A stretch of 64,000 nucleotides of DNA, from positions 16,004 to 80,003 of the forward strand of contig CAVQSF010000033.1 of assembly GCA_963715275.1 (NCBI GenBank). The letters run 5' to 3'. Each line of letters starts with the position of its first letter. Within the stretch, counting starts at the first letter, position 1. The notes under the pieces were generated by a model. It did no database searches. It was given only the letters and a program-made list of their open reading frames with translations, and was not told the DNA's origin. Below, in pieces: positions 41,273-51,973 of this stretch. The translations under genes were made by a program, and so were the position numbers. The DNA comes from an uncultured Planctomycetaceae bacterium (lineage in GTDB: Bacteria; Planctomycetota; Planctomycetia; Pirellulales; Pirellulaceae).

Positions 41273-42076
41273 GTGGAAAACTCAGTTGGATTCATCGGCG
41301 GTGGCCAAATGGCGGCAGCTCTGGCGTCGGGAGCCCTCGGCTCGGGGGTATTGAAGGCTGGCGAGTTGACATTTGCGGAGCCAGACGCTGCTCGACGCGA
41401 AGCCCTGGGAGTAAGTTTTCCGGGATGTACACTGGTCGAAGACGGTAGCGCCGTCTTGCAGCGTTGCGAGCAAATCATCCTGGCGGTGAAGCCGCATGTT
41501 CTGCTGGAGATTGCGGCAGAGCTAAGAACGCATGTAACGCCGCGGAATTTATTGATTTCCATCGCAGCTGGAATTCCACTTGACCAACTGCAAACAAAAT
41601 TTGGGACTTCGAGAGTAATCCGCGTGATGCCGAACACTCCCTGCCAGGTCGGGGCCGGTGCCTGTGCCATCGCCGCGGCTGAGGGGTCCCAGGATGCAGA
41701 CCTTCAATGGTGCGAGATGTTCCTTGGGTCCGTGGGGAGGACGGTGCGAGTGCCGGATCGCCTGATGCATGCCGTCACCGGCGTCGCAGGTTCGAGTCCA
41801 GCCTATCTATACTTAGTTATCGAAGCACTTAGCGACGGAGGAGTGGCCCAGGGATTGCCGCGCGAGACAGCTACCATGCTGGCCGCACAGGCAGTACTGG
41901 GAGCGGCCAAAATGGTCCTCGAAACCGGTTTGCATCCGGGCGAATTGAAGGACCAAGTAACCAGCCCCGGTGGTACCACGATCGATGCCCTCCGCACGTT
42001 GGAGTCTGCCGGTGTGCGCAGCGCCTTCATCGAGGCTGTCTGTCGCTGTGCTGAAAAGAGCGAGCGGTTGGCGTAA
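41273..42076 (+). CDS. proC: Pyrroline-5-carboxylate reductase
   Basis: GFIGGGQM, LAVKP, RVMPNTP, GSSPAY, VTSPGGTT. Confidence 0.95.
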   Translation: MENSVGFIGGGQMAAALASGALGSGVLKAGELTFAEPDAARREALGVSFPGCTLVEDGSAVLQRCEQIILAVKPHVLLEIAAELRTHVTPRNLLISIAAGIPLDQLQTKFGTSRVIRVMPNTPCQVGAGACAIAAAEGSQDADLQWCEMFLGSVGRTVRVPDRLMHAVTGVAGSSPAYLYLVIEALSDGGVAQGLPRETATMLAAQAVLGAAKMVLETGLHPGELKDQVTSPGGTTIDALRTLESAGVRSAFIEAVCRCAEKSERLA

Positions 42077-42097
42077 GAGACAAGGAATCTCAATCTC

Positions 42098-43147
42098 TTG
42101 AAAATTATCATCATGGGCACCGGCCCGTTTGCGGTGCCGACCTGTGAACGACTGCTATCCGAGGGCCACGACATTCTGGGAGTGGTCACCCGGCCCGTGG
42201 CCGATCCCAAAGCCAAGAAGCCGCCGCCGAGACCAGTCTACGACTGGGCGCGGCAGCATGGTCTTAAGGTGTTGGAGCCCTCAAGTATCAACGCGCCAGA
42301 AGCAATTCAAGAACTGGCGGCCTTGGCACCCGATCTGTTTTTTGTGTGCGATTATGGCCAGATACTAACGAAAGACTGTCTGGCAGCAGCCCGCCTGGGT
42401 GGTATCAACTTGCATGGCTCTATACTCCCTCGACACCGCGGGGCGGCTCCGGTCCAGTGGACACTACTTCGCGGAGACAAGGCAGCCGGCATTACGGTGA
42501 TTCACATGACGCCGAGACTGGATGCGGGTCCCGCTTTGGCCGTGCTGAACACCAACGTCGGCCCGGACGAAACCGCCGAGGAACTGGAGCCAAGGCTCGC
42601 AAATCTCGGTGTCAACGCGACGATCGAAGCGGTGAAACTGCTCGATAGCTGGGATGGCGTTTCTCAACTCGGCAACGTGCAGGACCAAACGCTGGTGACC
42701 AAAGCGCGTCGCTTCTCCAAGGCGGACGGGCAGCTTGACTTCCGCCAGCCGGCAGAATATCTCGCGCGGCTAGTCCGTGCCTGCCAGCCTTGGCCGGGGA
42801 CATTTGCGGAGCTGGCTTGGCCGGAAGGCAAGAAGCTGCGAGTCATCGTGCGGTCAGCCCGCCATATCGAGACAACTAAAGACTGCAAGTTTGAAATCGA
42901 TCAGCCGGGGGCAGCCGTCGCCATGACTGCCGAGCAAATTGGCCACGATGACTCCGATTTGGATTGGTCGGGCAGATGGCAAGAGACGATTGCGGTGAGG
43001 ACAATCGATGGAGTTTTACTGATCAGTCTTATTCAGCCCTCCGGCAAGCGGGCCATGCCAGTTAACGAATTCCTGCGTGGACACCCGCTGAGCCCCCGAT
43101 GCAACTTTGTGCTCCCAGAGTCTCCGTGCCAACGGCTGGATGCTTAG
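42098..43147 (+). CDS. fmt: Methionyl-tRNA formyltransferase
   Basis: MGTGPFAVP, YGQIL, INLHGSILPRHRGAAPV, LDAGP, PWPG. Confidence 0.93.
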   Translation: MKIIIMGTGPFAVPTCERLLSEGHDILGVVTRPVADPKAKKPPPRPVYDWARQHGLKVLEPSSINAPEAIQELAALAPDLFFVCDYGQILTKDCLAAARLGGINLHGSILPRHRGAAPVQWTLLRGDKAAGITVIHMTPRLDAGPALAVLNTNVGPDETAEELEPRLANLGVNATIEAVKLLDSWDGVSQLGNVQDQTLVTKARRFSKADGQLDFRQPAEYLARLVRACQPWPGTFAELAWPEGKKLRVIVRSARHIETTKDCKFEIDQPGAAVAMTAEQIGHDDSDLDWSGRWQETIAVRTIDGVLLISLIQPSGKRAMPVNEFLRGHPLSPRCNFVLPESPCQRLDA

Positions 43148-43159
43148 CACCTGAGCTCG

Positions 43160-44646
43160 ATGCGATCGAAGAAATGGTTAACCGAAGCCGTGAACGCCCA
43201 CCGTCGAAAATGGTTTTTCCGTGCCGCGGCTGTGCTCATGGGGCTTGCTCCGCTGATCGCACTGGAGATTTCACTTCGGCTCAGCGGACTACCGCATCAT
43301 CCACCCGCGGCCGATCCATTCGTCGATCTTCACAGTCTCAAGCCGCTATTCGAGCCCTCGAGCGACAACCCGGAAGTCTTGGAGATCGGACAGTCTCGGC
43401 TCAACCTGTTTCGCCCAGCATCTTTTGAGCGAAATAAACCTGAGGGCACCTACAGAGTCTTCGCCTTGGGAGGTTCCACGACGCAGGGAGAACCCTACAG
43501 CACCGAAACAGCGTTCCCCGCCTGGTTCGGGGAGTGCCTGCGATGCGGCATGCCTGACAAACGGATTGAAGTTATTAACTGCGGAGGTTTGTCCTACGCC
43601 AGCTATCGGGTATTGGCTATCCTCAAAGAAGTCCTGCAGTATCAGCCCGATTTGATCCTGGTTTACACGGGCCACAACGAGTTCCTCGAGCGACGGAGTT
43701 ATGCGGGCTTTGATGGCAGCAGTTGGAAAGCTCGGACTTCTAGCTGGTTGGCAAATTTCCGCACGGTGCAGCTCGGCAAGAATCTATTGGGCAAAGACGG
43801 TTACCGACCTGAACCGGCCGTCAAGCGTCCGACACAGTTAGCCGAGGAGGTGGACGCGTTGCTGGACTACGCAGGGGGGCTGGCAGATTACCATCGCGAT
43901 GACGAGCTCTGCGTCGCCGTGGCCGCTCATTTTCGTTGGAACCTGGAGCAGATTGTCACAGCCTGCGAATCTGCCAAGGTTCCTTTGCTGCTCGTCAAGC
44001 CGGTCAGTAATGTTTTGGACTGTCCCCCGATGAAGATCGAGCCGGCACCGGACATGCCGGCTGGGGAGCAACGGAGATTCGAGCAGCTTTGGTCCTCTGC
44101 CAGGCAGGCCCCGTCGGCCGCCGCGGCATTGGAATATGGCGAGGCCGCTTTGAAGCTCGACCCCAGACATGCGGGGCGAACTTCCTCGTGGGGAAACTGC
44201 TGGTGGAGAGCGGCCAGACGGACGCCGCGCGGCCCTTCTTAATCCAGGCTAGGGATCATGATGTCTGTCCGCTGCGCGCGCCTACTTACCTCACCACGAT
44301 TGTGGAAGAGGTCGCAAGAAAACGCCAAGTTCCGCTGGTGGACGCCGAGCAATTGTTCTTGGCCAAGAGCGCCAGTGGCATCGTGGGAAACGACTGGCTG
44401 GTGGACCATATCCATCCGAGTGTAGAAGGCCATCAAATGCTGGCAGTGGAATTGGCCAAAACCTGCAGCGACGCGGGGATAGTCACGTTTTCGGAAAGCC
44501 ACTGGGAAGAACTGGCACGATCTGCCTTTCAAGACCGATTAGCAACCCTCGGCGAAGACTATTTTCAACGCGGCAAACAACGCCTGGAGGGTCTGCTGCT
44601 TTGGACTCAGGGGCGCGCCAAGAAGGTGCGGCCGGACGGATTCTGA
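43160..44646 (+). CDS. Membrane-anchored SGNH/GDSL hydrolase with TPR-like insert, split by a frameshift near 44175
   Basis: LGGSTTQG, INCGGLSYAS, YTGHNEF, DHIHPS; G-run deletion at RHAG|ANF. Confidence 0.8.
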
Positions 44647-44702
44647 ATCGGGGGCCTCATCCGCTTGCGTTCCAGTCCGCCGCCAATCCCCTAAACGAGG
44701 CC

Positions 44703-44782
44703 GAAAAAGGGGGAACAGGCACTGAGACGTAAGCATTTGCCGGGCTTCATGCGGTTTTTGTGTGTGAGCCAGTCCCCTTTTC
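44703..44782. repeat. GGGGA/CAGTCCCC palindromic element, copy 3
   Basis: GAAAAAGGGGGAACAGGCAC ... GAGCCAGTCCCCTTTTC. Confidence 0.7.
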
Positions 44783-44815
44783 CTGCCGTGCCTAGAGAGG
44801 TGACTAGAGACGTGA

Positions 44816-44920
44816 CTAAGCATCGGCCAAACAATAAATGTCCCGTTTTACTGCAGATCACCACGCGGAGCGTGATGGCTACTATGGAGATGCGACAGTT
44901 ATTGTTTGGTCAACGCTCAG
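44816..44920. mobile_element. MITE-like element, family 2, enclosing a GTAG REP
   Basis: TIRs CTAAGCATCGGCCAAACAATAAATGTC / GACAGTTATTGTTTGGTCAACGCTCAG; internal minus-strand GTAGCCATCACGCTCCGCGTG. Confidence 0.65.
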
Positions 44921-45109
44921 GGATCGGGGCCATGACCACAGCCTGAATAGTGCTTGGCAGTGCTCATAAAGTGGCTTATCCTTCGTGACTCTGAGCACAG
45001 CGTCCGAACGACGATCAGTGATATGTCCAGTTGCTTCCATTACCGCTCAGTTCCGCTCACCAACCAATTCTGCTGAGTCGGAACGCCCTCTCTCAAACTT
45101 TTGACTCCT

Positions 45110-46552
45110 ATGGCTCGCGATTTTCTCAAAGGATGTAAAGACTACTACGACGTGGTGGTGATTGGCAGCGGTCTGGCTGGCATGACGACGGCCAATGTGC
45201 TCGGTCGGGCAGGTCACAGCGTTTTGCTGCTGGAACAGCACTACAAACTTGGCGGATTGGCAACTTGGTTTCGCCGCCCTGGCAGCCACATATTCGATGT
45301 TTCCCTGCACGGTTTTCCCGCCGGCATGCTCAAGAGTTGCCGCCGCTACTGGAACGAGGAGATCGCTTCGTGCATCGTGCAGTTGAAGAATATCCGGTTT
45401 GATAATCCGATGTTCTCTCTGACGACTACCTTTAATCGAGAAGACTTCACCCGGCTCCTAGTTACCGATTTCGGCATAGCGTCGGAAAATGTGAAGGCTT
45501 TTTTTGACACGGCGCGGGGCATGAATTTCTACGATGATCAGCAGATGACCACCGGGGAGCTGTTCGAAAAATTCTTCCCGGGACGTGAAGACGTCGTGCG
45601 GTTGCTCATGGAGCCGATTACCTATGCCAACGGCTCGACACTGGAGGATCCGGCCATTACCTACGGCATTGTCTTTTCTAACTTCATGGCTAAAGGCGTC
45701 TTCATCTACGAAGGTGGCACCGACGACTTGGTCACCAAGATGCAGGCGGAACTTGAACGCAACAACGTTGATTGTCGGATTCGCTGCGACGTAACCAAGA
45801 TCAACGTGGGACCGAAGGGAGTCGAAGCTGTCGAGGTCAACGGACGCAAAATCCGCTGTGGCTCCGTGATCAGCAATTCGAATCTGAACGCCACGATCTT
45901 CAATTTGGTGGGCGAGGATAAATTCGATCGAAGCTTTGTCGACGAAGCCCGCCAAGTTCGGCTGAACAACAGCAGCACACAGGTTTACATGGCTATCAAA
46001 GAAGATGTCGAGATCGACGATTCGACCGGTGACCTGCTGTTCAGCTCGACGGCACCACTGTTTCGCACGGAGGCTTTACTCAGCCGCAATATCACCAGCC
46101 GCACTTTCAGCTTTTACTATCCACGCACACGGCCGACCAAGAAACGACGCCATGCCATCGTCAGCAGCACCAATGCTCGCTACGAGGACTGGGCAGACCT
46201 GAACGAGTCCGAGTATAAGGCCAGCAAGCAGGATCTTATCGAAACCACATTAGACGCTTTAGACAAGTATGTGCCCGACATTCGAGATAAGATAGATCTC
46301 GTTGAAGCGGCCACTCCCAAGACATTTCAGCACTATACGAAACACCTGTCGGGCGCGAGCTTCGGCACTAAATTCGAGGGACTGGCAGTCAGTCGCGCTT
46401 TGCCAGAACAGGTTCCGGGGCTCTACCATGCCGGCAGCGTCGGCATCATCATGTCCGGCTGGTTAGGAGCGATCAACTACGGGGTTATCGTCGCCAACGA
46501 TGTGGACCAACACCTCACCAAGCGTTCGACCGGCAACGCGGTAACAGCTTGA
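45110..46552 (+). CDS. Phytoene-desaturase-family FAD oxidoreductase
   Basis: [35 protein letters not shown]. Confidence 0.8.
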   Translation: MARDFLKGCKDYYDVVVIGSGLAGMTTANVLGRAGHSVLLLEQHYKLGGLATWFRRPGSHIFDVSLHGFPAGMLKSCRRYWNEEIASCIVQLKNIRFDNPMFSLTTTFNREDFTRLLVTDFGIASENVKAFFDTARGMNFYDDQQMTTGELFEKFFPGREDVVRLLMEPITYANGSTLEDPAITYGIVFSNFMAKGVFIYEGGTDDLVTKMQAELERNNVDCRIRCDVTKINVGPKGVEAVEVNGRKIRCGSVISNSNLNATIFNLVGEDKFDRSFVDEARQVRLNNSSTQVYMAIKEDVEIDDSTGDLLFSSTAPLFRTEALLSRNITSRTFSFYYPRTRPTKKRRHAIVSSTNARYEDWADLNESEYKASKQDLIETTLDALDKYVPDIRDKIDLVEAATPKTFQHYTKHLSGASFGTKFEGLAVSRALPEQVPGLYHAGSVGIIMSGWLGAINYGVIVANDVDQHLTKRSTGNAVTA

Positions 46553-46748
46553 AAGCGTCCCATCTATCCACAACGTCTTCGCCACTGGGGTGACAGCAGC
46601 TCGTGGCGATATCCTGAACCACAACCGCCGCCGCCGAAAAGCCAATTCACTTCCGCAACCTGGGCCGTTTCCCCCTTGTCCGCGAACATTCGCATTCACG
46701 CGTGGCCGAGAGAGGCTCACCCCTGTCCCTCAAGTTGAAAATCGCCTC

Positions 46749-47186
46749 ATGACTCGCCCTGACACAAAGTCCCAGATCGAAGCACTCATACCACACCGCA
46801 GCCCTATGCTGTTGGTGGATGAGATTGTAGAGCAGTCGGAGAACACGATCCATTGCCGCAAGACATTCGACGAGCATGAATTCTTTGTGCAGGGACATTT
46901 TCCGGGATATCCTCTGGTGCCGGGAGTCATTCTCTGTGAATGTGCGCTCCAGGCCGGAGCGATTTTGTTAGCCGGCAAAACGACCAGCTCGAATGCCGTT
47001 CCGGTAGCCACCCGTCTGGACAACGTCAAGTTCAAGCAGATGGTTCGTCCCGGCGACTCCATCGAAATCCATGTAACGTTACAAGATGCAGTCTCGACGG
47101 CATTCTTCCTGAATGGAAAAATTTCCTCCAACGGTAAACTGGCTGCTCGCCTAGATTTTGCGTGCACCTTGGCGGAACCGGTGTAA
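46749..47186 (+). CDS. fabZ: FabZ/FabA-family 3-hydroxyacyl-ACP dehydratase
   Basis: IPHRSPMLLVD, GHFPGYPLVPGVILCE, KFKQMVRPGD. Confidence 0.85.
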   Translation: MTRPDTKSQIEALIPHRSPMLLVDEIVEQSENTIHCRKTFDEHEFFVQGHFPGYPLVPGVILCECALQAGAILLAGKTTSSNAVPVATRLDNVKFKQMVRPGDSIEIHVTLQDAVSTAFFLNGKISSNGKLAARLDFACTLAEPV

Positions 47187-47217
47187 GACGATCTCTTCGT
47201 AACTCAGGGTAAATCGG

Positions 47218-48024
47218 ATGGACTTCTTACAACTGGCGGGAAAGCGGATTCTGGTCTTGGGTGTCGCTAACAAAAAAAGCGTGGCTTACCAGGTCGGAAA
47301 AACGCTCGAACAGGCAGGCGCCGAAGTTATTTACGTGGTACGCAGCCAGGCCAGGCGTGAGCAACTAGCGGCTAAGTCCTTAGCCGGCAAGCGGATCTAT
47401 GTCTGCGATGTGGAGCACCAAGATCAAATTGATGCGCTGGCGGCACAACTGAACAGCGATTTCGACCAGCTCTTTGGCTTTGTACATTCTTTGGCCTTCG
47501 CCGACTACAGCGACGGTATACGCCCCTTCCACGAAACCACCCGGAAGCAATTTCTACAGGCCGTGGATATCAGCTGCTTTTCATTCATCGCTCTGGCCAA
47601 TGCTCTGAAAGAACAACTCGACAACCGGGGTGCCGCCGTCACCATTGGCATCTCCACGACCCGGATGGCCAGTGAGAGTTACGGTTTCATGGCGCCAGTC
47701 AAAGCTGCGTTGGAGTCGTCGTTGGCTTTTCTGACTAAGTCCTTTAGCCGTTTTAGTGAGATCCGTTTCAACGCCGTGGCAGCGGGCTTGCTGAAAACGA
47801 GTGCCTCAGCCGGCATTCCCGGGTACGTGGATGCTTACCTGTTTGCCGAACAGGTCATTCCGCGCAAGCGAGCCCTGCAAACACAAGAGGTAGCCGACGC
47901 CGCAGCTTTCTTGCTTAGTCCACGCTCCAGCGGGATTGTGGCTCAGTCCATCGTGCTGGACGCCGGCATGAGCATTAACTATTTCGATCGCGACATCGTC
48001 TCGAGGGCCATGGGTTCACCCTAA
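47218..48024 (+). CDS. fabI: FabI-like enoyl-ACP reductase (divergent)
   Basis: [28 protein letters not shown] (Y-x6-K), [10 protein letters not shown]. Confidence 0.82.
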   Translation: MDFLQLAGKRILVLGVANKKSVAYQVGKTLEQAGAEVIYVVRSQARREQLAAKSLAGKRIYVCDVEHQDQIDALAAQLNSDFDQLFGFVHSLAFADYSDGIRPFHETTRKQFLQAVDISCFSFIALANALKEQLDNRGAAVTIGISTTRMASESYGFMAPVKAALESSLAFLTKSFSRFSEIRFNAVAAGLLKTSASAGIPGYVDAYLFAEQVIPRKRALQTQEVADAAAFLLSPRSSGIVAQSIVLDAGMSINYFDRDIVSRAMGSP

Positions 48025-48114
48025 GCCCACCCCACTGGAAGTAAAGCGGGCTATCTGTTTCAATCGTGCCTTCACGCCTGGTGCTAAGACTGTAACTACC
48101 GCGAAAGGCCAAGG

Positions 48115-49257
48115 ATGACTGCGCATTACGAAGTCCGCCGAGTTGGCGGCAACCGCAAAGATCAAAAGAAGTTTATCCGGCTGTTGTGGGACCTCTACCG
48201 TGATGACCCCAACTGGGTTCCCCCTTTGATCCAGAATCAACAGGAGTTGGTCGGCTTCCGACGACATCCGTTTTACGAACGCAACCAATGCGCGAACTTT
48301 CTGGTGGAAAAGGACGGGCAGGTGGTGGGTCGCGTGACAGCCATTGTCAATTATGGCCACAACGAACGATACGACGAAAAGAGGGGCTTTGTAGGCTTCT
48401 TTGAGTGCATCGACGATAAGGAAGCGGCCCGTTTACTCTTCTCAGCGGCGGCTCGCTACTTGGCTCAAGAACATGGAATGACCGATGCCCGCGGTCCCGT
48501 AAATCCGAGTCTCAACTATGAGTTGGGGCTGCTAGTCGACGGCTTTGACAGCCCACCAACATTCTTGATGACATACAACCCGCCTTACTATGAGGAGCTT
48601 TGGAAGGGCTTTGGTTTTGAAAAGACTCAAGATCTGTACGCTTACGAAGGCGATGTTTCCATGCTCAGTTCACTCGACCCAAAACTCGAGTTCATCGCCA
48701 AGGAAATCCGCCGGCGTTTCAATGTTGTGGTCCGTCAGTTTAATCCGAAGCGATTCACTGAGGAAGTGAATTTGTTTATTGATCTCTACAACAAATCACT
48801 GGTAGCCACCTGGGGCTTCGTGCCGCTAACGCCGGCGGAAGCAGCGCACCAAGGAAAATCGATGAAGTATCTGCTGTTGCCAGAAGTCACAACCATCATT
48901 GAAGTCGACGGCAAGCCGGTTGGAGCCGGTTTCGGCCTCATGGATTACAACCAAATCATCAAGAAAATTGATGGTCGCTTATTTCCGTTCGGGTTCATCC
49001 GCCTGCTCATGGGACGGAGAAAAATCAATCGAGTGAGATTGCTTAGCGCCAATGTATTGCCGGAGTATCAGAAGTGGGGATTCGGGCTATTGGCTCTGGA
49101 GAGAATGTTGGAAGACGTACTGAAGATGGGAGTAACCCACGGGGAGTTTTCATGGGTACTGGAATCGAACCACCTATCCCGCGCCAGTCTTGAACGAGGC
49201 GGTGCGAATCGCAGCAAGACATATCGACTTTACGACCGATCCCTGGCGGATTTCTGA
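48115..49257 (+). CDS. GNAT-fold N-acyltransferase, YghO / bacterial ceramide synthase-like
   Basis: LYRDDPNWVPPL, GFFECIDD, RGPVNPSLNYELGLLVDGFDSPP..MTYNPPYY, WGFVPLT, SWVLESN, KTYRLY. Confidence 0.75.
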   Translation: MTAHYEVRRVGGNRKDQKKFIRLLWDLYRDDPNWVPPLIQNQQELVGFRRHPFYERNQCANFLVEKDGQVVGRVTAIVNYGHNERYDEKRGFVGFFECIDDKEAARLLFSAAARYLAQEHGMTDARGPVNPSLNYELGLLVDGFDSPPTFLMTYNPPYYEELWKGFGFEKTQDLYAYEGDVSMLSSLDPKLEFIAKEIRRRFNVVVRQFNPKRFTEEVNLFIDLYNKSLVATWGFVPLTPAEAAHQGKSMKYLLLPEVTTIIEVDGKPVGAGFGLMDYNQIIKKIDGRLFPFGFIRLLMGRRKINRVRLLSANVLPEYQKWGFGLLALERMLEDVLKMGVTHGEFSWVLESNHLSRASLERGGANRSKTYRLYDRSLADF

Positions 49258-49300
49258 GACGCTTCGCCGAGATGAAGCATCTGGCATCAGTCAAACAGCC

Positions 49301-50620
49301 TCAGGTTGACGGTTGCTGCGCAAAAAAGCCACGAGTTCCTTGCGAGGCAATCGCGGCCCCGATGCGGTTCAGTGCTTGCACGTAGGCTGCCGTACGCATA
49401 TCGATTTTGTGGTGTGTCATCAAATCGTAGACAGCCCCAAACTCGGTGGTCATAATCGCCTTCAGTCGGTCACGTACTTCTTCCGCAGTCCAGTAGAGAC
49501 CGGCTTTGTTCTGCACCCACTCGAAGTAACTGACCGTGACTCCGCCAGCGTTGGCCAAGATATCTGGCACGACTAAGATACCGCGTTCGTTCAAGATTTT
49601 GTCCGCTTCACTGGTGGTCGGCCCGTTCGCTAATTCCACAATGACCTTGGCCTTTATTTTTGGAGCATTGAGTTCGGTAATCTGATTCTCCAGGGCTGCG
49701 GGAATTAGCACGTCGACATCCAGTTCAAGCAGTTCTTCGTTGCTCATCTGGTGCGATTCGATGGTCTCGCACACCGAGCCTTCACAATAGACGGCCTGCA
49801 ATTGCCGCGTGTCGTTTTTGTGGTGAATCATGCTGGGAATATCGAATCCTTCTTCGCGAAAGCAGCCTCCCTTGGAATCGCTGACGCCTACGACGCGATA
49901 TCCTTTGATATGCAGCAAACGCGCAATCGCCTGGCCGGCATTGCCGAACCCTTGGATAGCCACGCGCACTTTCTCCGGTTGCCAGGACTTTTTGGCGGCC
50001 AGCTCTTGCACGCAATAAAAACCACCTCGCCCTGTGGCTTCGTCGCGTCCTGCGCTGCCTCCCAGGGGAATCGGCTTGCCGGTAATGCAGGCGGGGGTGT
50101 GACAGCGATGGATCTTCGAGTATTCATCCATCATCCAGCCCATGATCATCGAATTCGTATAGACGTCCGGCGCGGGAATGTCGGTCTCCGGGCCGATAAA
50201 GTCAGACAGCGTATCCACAAAACCACGGCTCAGCCGCTCTAACTCCAGGGCCGAAAGCTCCTTCGGATTGACGACCACGCCGCCTTTGGCGCCGCCAAAC
50301 GGGAGCCCAACGACGGCGCACTTGCACGTCATCCAAAAGGCTAGAGCCTTCACTTCACTCAGGTCGACGTCGGGGTGGTAGCGAATCCCTCCCTTGCCAG
50401 GTCCGCGAGCGTCGTTGTGCCGTACACGATAGCCTCGGAAGATTCTCAGGGAGCCATCGTCCATTCGCACCGGAATCGAGACCTGCACCGTGGCCACCGG
50501 ATGACGCAGGCGTTCCAGCGACTCCTCGTCAATTTCCGCAAATTCGGCGGCTTTATCCAGACGCTGGATGGCATCCATGAAAATCCCATCTTCGATAACT
50601 ACCGACTTCTGAACTGCCAT
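49301..50620 (-). CDS. gdhA: Glu/Leu/Phe/Val dehydrogenase (glutamate dehydrogenase)
   Basis: GPGKGGIRYHP, GGAKGG, DIPAPD, ATGRG, QGFGNAG, ANGP, NAGGVTVSYFEW. Confidence 0.92.
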   Translation of the reverse strand: MAVQKSVVIEDGIFMDAIQRLDKAAEFAEIDEESLERLRHPVATVQVSIPVRMDDGSLRIFRGYRVRHNDARGPGKGGIRYHPDVDLSEVKALAFWMTCKCAVVGLPFGGAKGGVVVNPKELSALELERLSRGFVDTLSDFIGPETDIPAPDVYTNSMIMGWMMDEYSKIHRCHTPACITGKPIPLGGSAGRDEATGRGGFYCVQELAAKKSWQPEKVRVAIQGFGNAGQAIARLLHIKGYRVVGVSDSKGGCFREEGFDIPSMIHHKNDTRQLQAVYCEGSVCETIESHQMSNEELLELDVDVLIPAALENQITELNAPKIKAKVIVELANGPTTSEADKILNERGILVVPDILANAGGVTVSYFEWVQNKAGLYWTAEEVRDRLKAIMTTEFGAVYDLMTHHKIDMRTAAYVQALNRIGAAIASQGTRGFFAQQPST

Positions 50621-50852
50621 GGGGTTGCCGATCCGCTATGTGGTGAGTGAGAGAGCGAAGTAGCTATTCTACATAAGAAATAGGCAATGGGCTAACAGCC
50701 AGGCCTTGACGAGGCTACAACCTGTCTACTCCGAACTGGTGAAAGCTGATAAACTCTGATGTCTAGAACCATGATGGACGAGACGAAGTTGGCCATTCAA
50801 GATTTTTGTGAATCGAGCAAGTAAGCTCCGACGCAGGGTTTTGCTTTTACTA

Positions 50853-51872
50853 ATGGATCGAGAACCGAATAAACTTGATTGCTTTGTGCGAGTCATCACG
50901 CCTGAGAATATCGAGTTTGAGTACGCGTTGGCTGGCCCCTTCCAGCGATTACCGGCGTTCCTGTTCGACTTCGTACTGCGAATCGTCGTCTTTGTTGGAA
51001 TCATGGTCGCCGCGGGCATGCTGACATCTTGGATGCCCATCAATAACGTCGTACTGACTGTCTTGAGCCTATTGATGTTTTTTGGTTTGAGCTGGTTTTA
51101 TGGCATCTTCTTCGAAACGCGTTTTAACGGGCGCACGGTGGGGAAAATGCTGTTTCACTTGCGAGTCATTTCAGTTGACGGTCGGCCGATTAATGGCGTC
51201 CAAGCCGCCTTGCGAAACTTACTGCGTTTGGCGGATATGGGCGTCTTTCTTTCGTTGCAGATCATTGACGCGAACGCTCCTCCGCGTTACCTCATACCAA
51301 CAATGGTAATTGGCTTGACCGCCATGACGCTTTCTCCTCGGTTGCAACGCATCGGTGACCTAGCGGCGGGCACCATGGTCGTGGCTGAAGAGCGGCGGCG
51401 TTCTCCCTGGAATCTGCTACCGGAGGATCCGCGGGCGTTTGGACTGGCTGAATTGATCCCGGCTAACTTCCAGGCCAGCAGTTCGCTGGCACAAACGATC
51501 GGACTGTATATGGAGAACCGCCGACGGCTGAGTTCCATGCGCAGGAACGAAGTCGCTCGACACGTGTCAGATCCGCTAATAGGTGAATTCGAGTTATTGC
51601 CGGATACCAGTCCAGACCTTCTACTCTGCGCACTTTACATTCGTATTTACTTGTCACCAGATCAACAAGCCAAAGGCCTGGCACAACTACGAGAATTACG
51701 AACTGGTTTTCCTGCTCGAAATAGGCATTTGAAGCCGCCAGCCAGCAGCCCGGCTGCCGGCCAACTACCGACAGCCGGTTCGGCGGCCGCCTCTCCATTC
51801 GTCGAATCGCTGTCTGAATCAAGCCCCAAGGTCCCACCAGCAGCCTTGCCCGCGAAAGACGAGAGACCATAA
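50853..51872 (+). CDS. RDD family membrane protein
   Basis: TPENIEFEYALAGPFQR..AFLFD, GRTVGK, QRIGDLAAGTMVV. Confidence 0.88.
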   Translation: MDREPNKLDCFVRVITPENIEFEYALAGPFQRLPAFLFDFVLRIVVFVGIMVAAGMLTSWMPINNVVLTVLSLLMFFGLSWFYGIFFETRFNGRTVGKMLFHLRVISVDGRPINGVQAALRNLLRLADMGVFLSLQIIDANAPPRYLIPTMVIGLTAMTLSPRLQRIGDLAAGTMVVAEERRRSPWNLLPEDPRAFGLAELIPANFQASSSLAQTIGLYMENRRRLSSMRRNEVARHVSDPLIGEFELLPDTSPDLLLCALYIRIYLSPDQQAKGLAQLRELRTGFPARNRHLKPPASSPAAGQLPTAGSAAASPFVESLSESSPKVPPAALPAKDERP

Positions 51873-51973
51873 TCGAACGGCAAAACATGCGGAGTCTCAA
51901 GTTCAGCATCAGCGGGCTCTAGCGGCAGCGAGCGTGTGAAGTGAGTTGCACGCGTCCCAGAAACGAGACCTAA

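Noticed and set aside
45110-46552. Carotenoid biosynthesis (crtI)
   Set aside because: No crtB/crtE or hopanoid genes nearby; neighbours are fatty-acid genes
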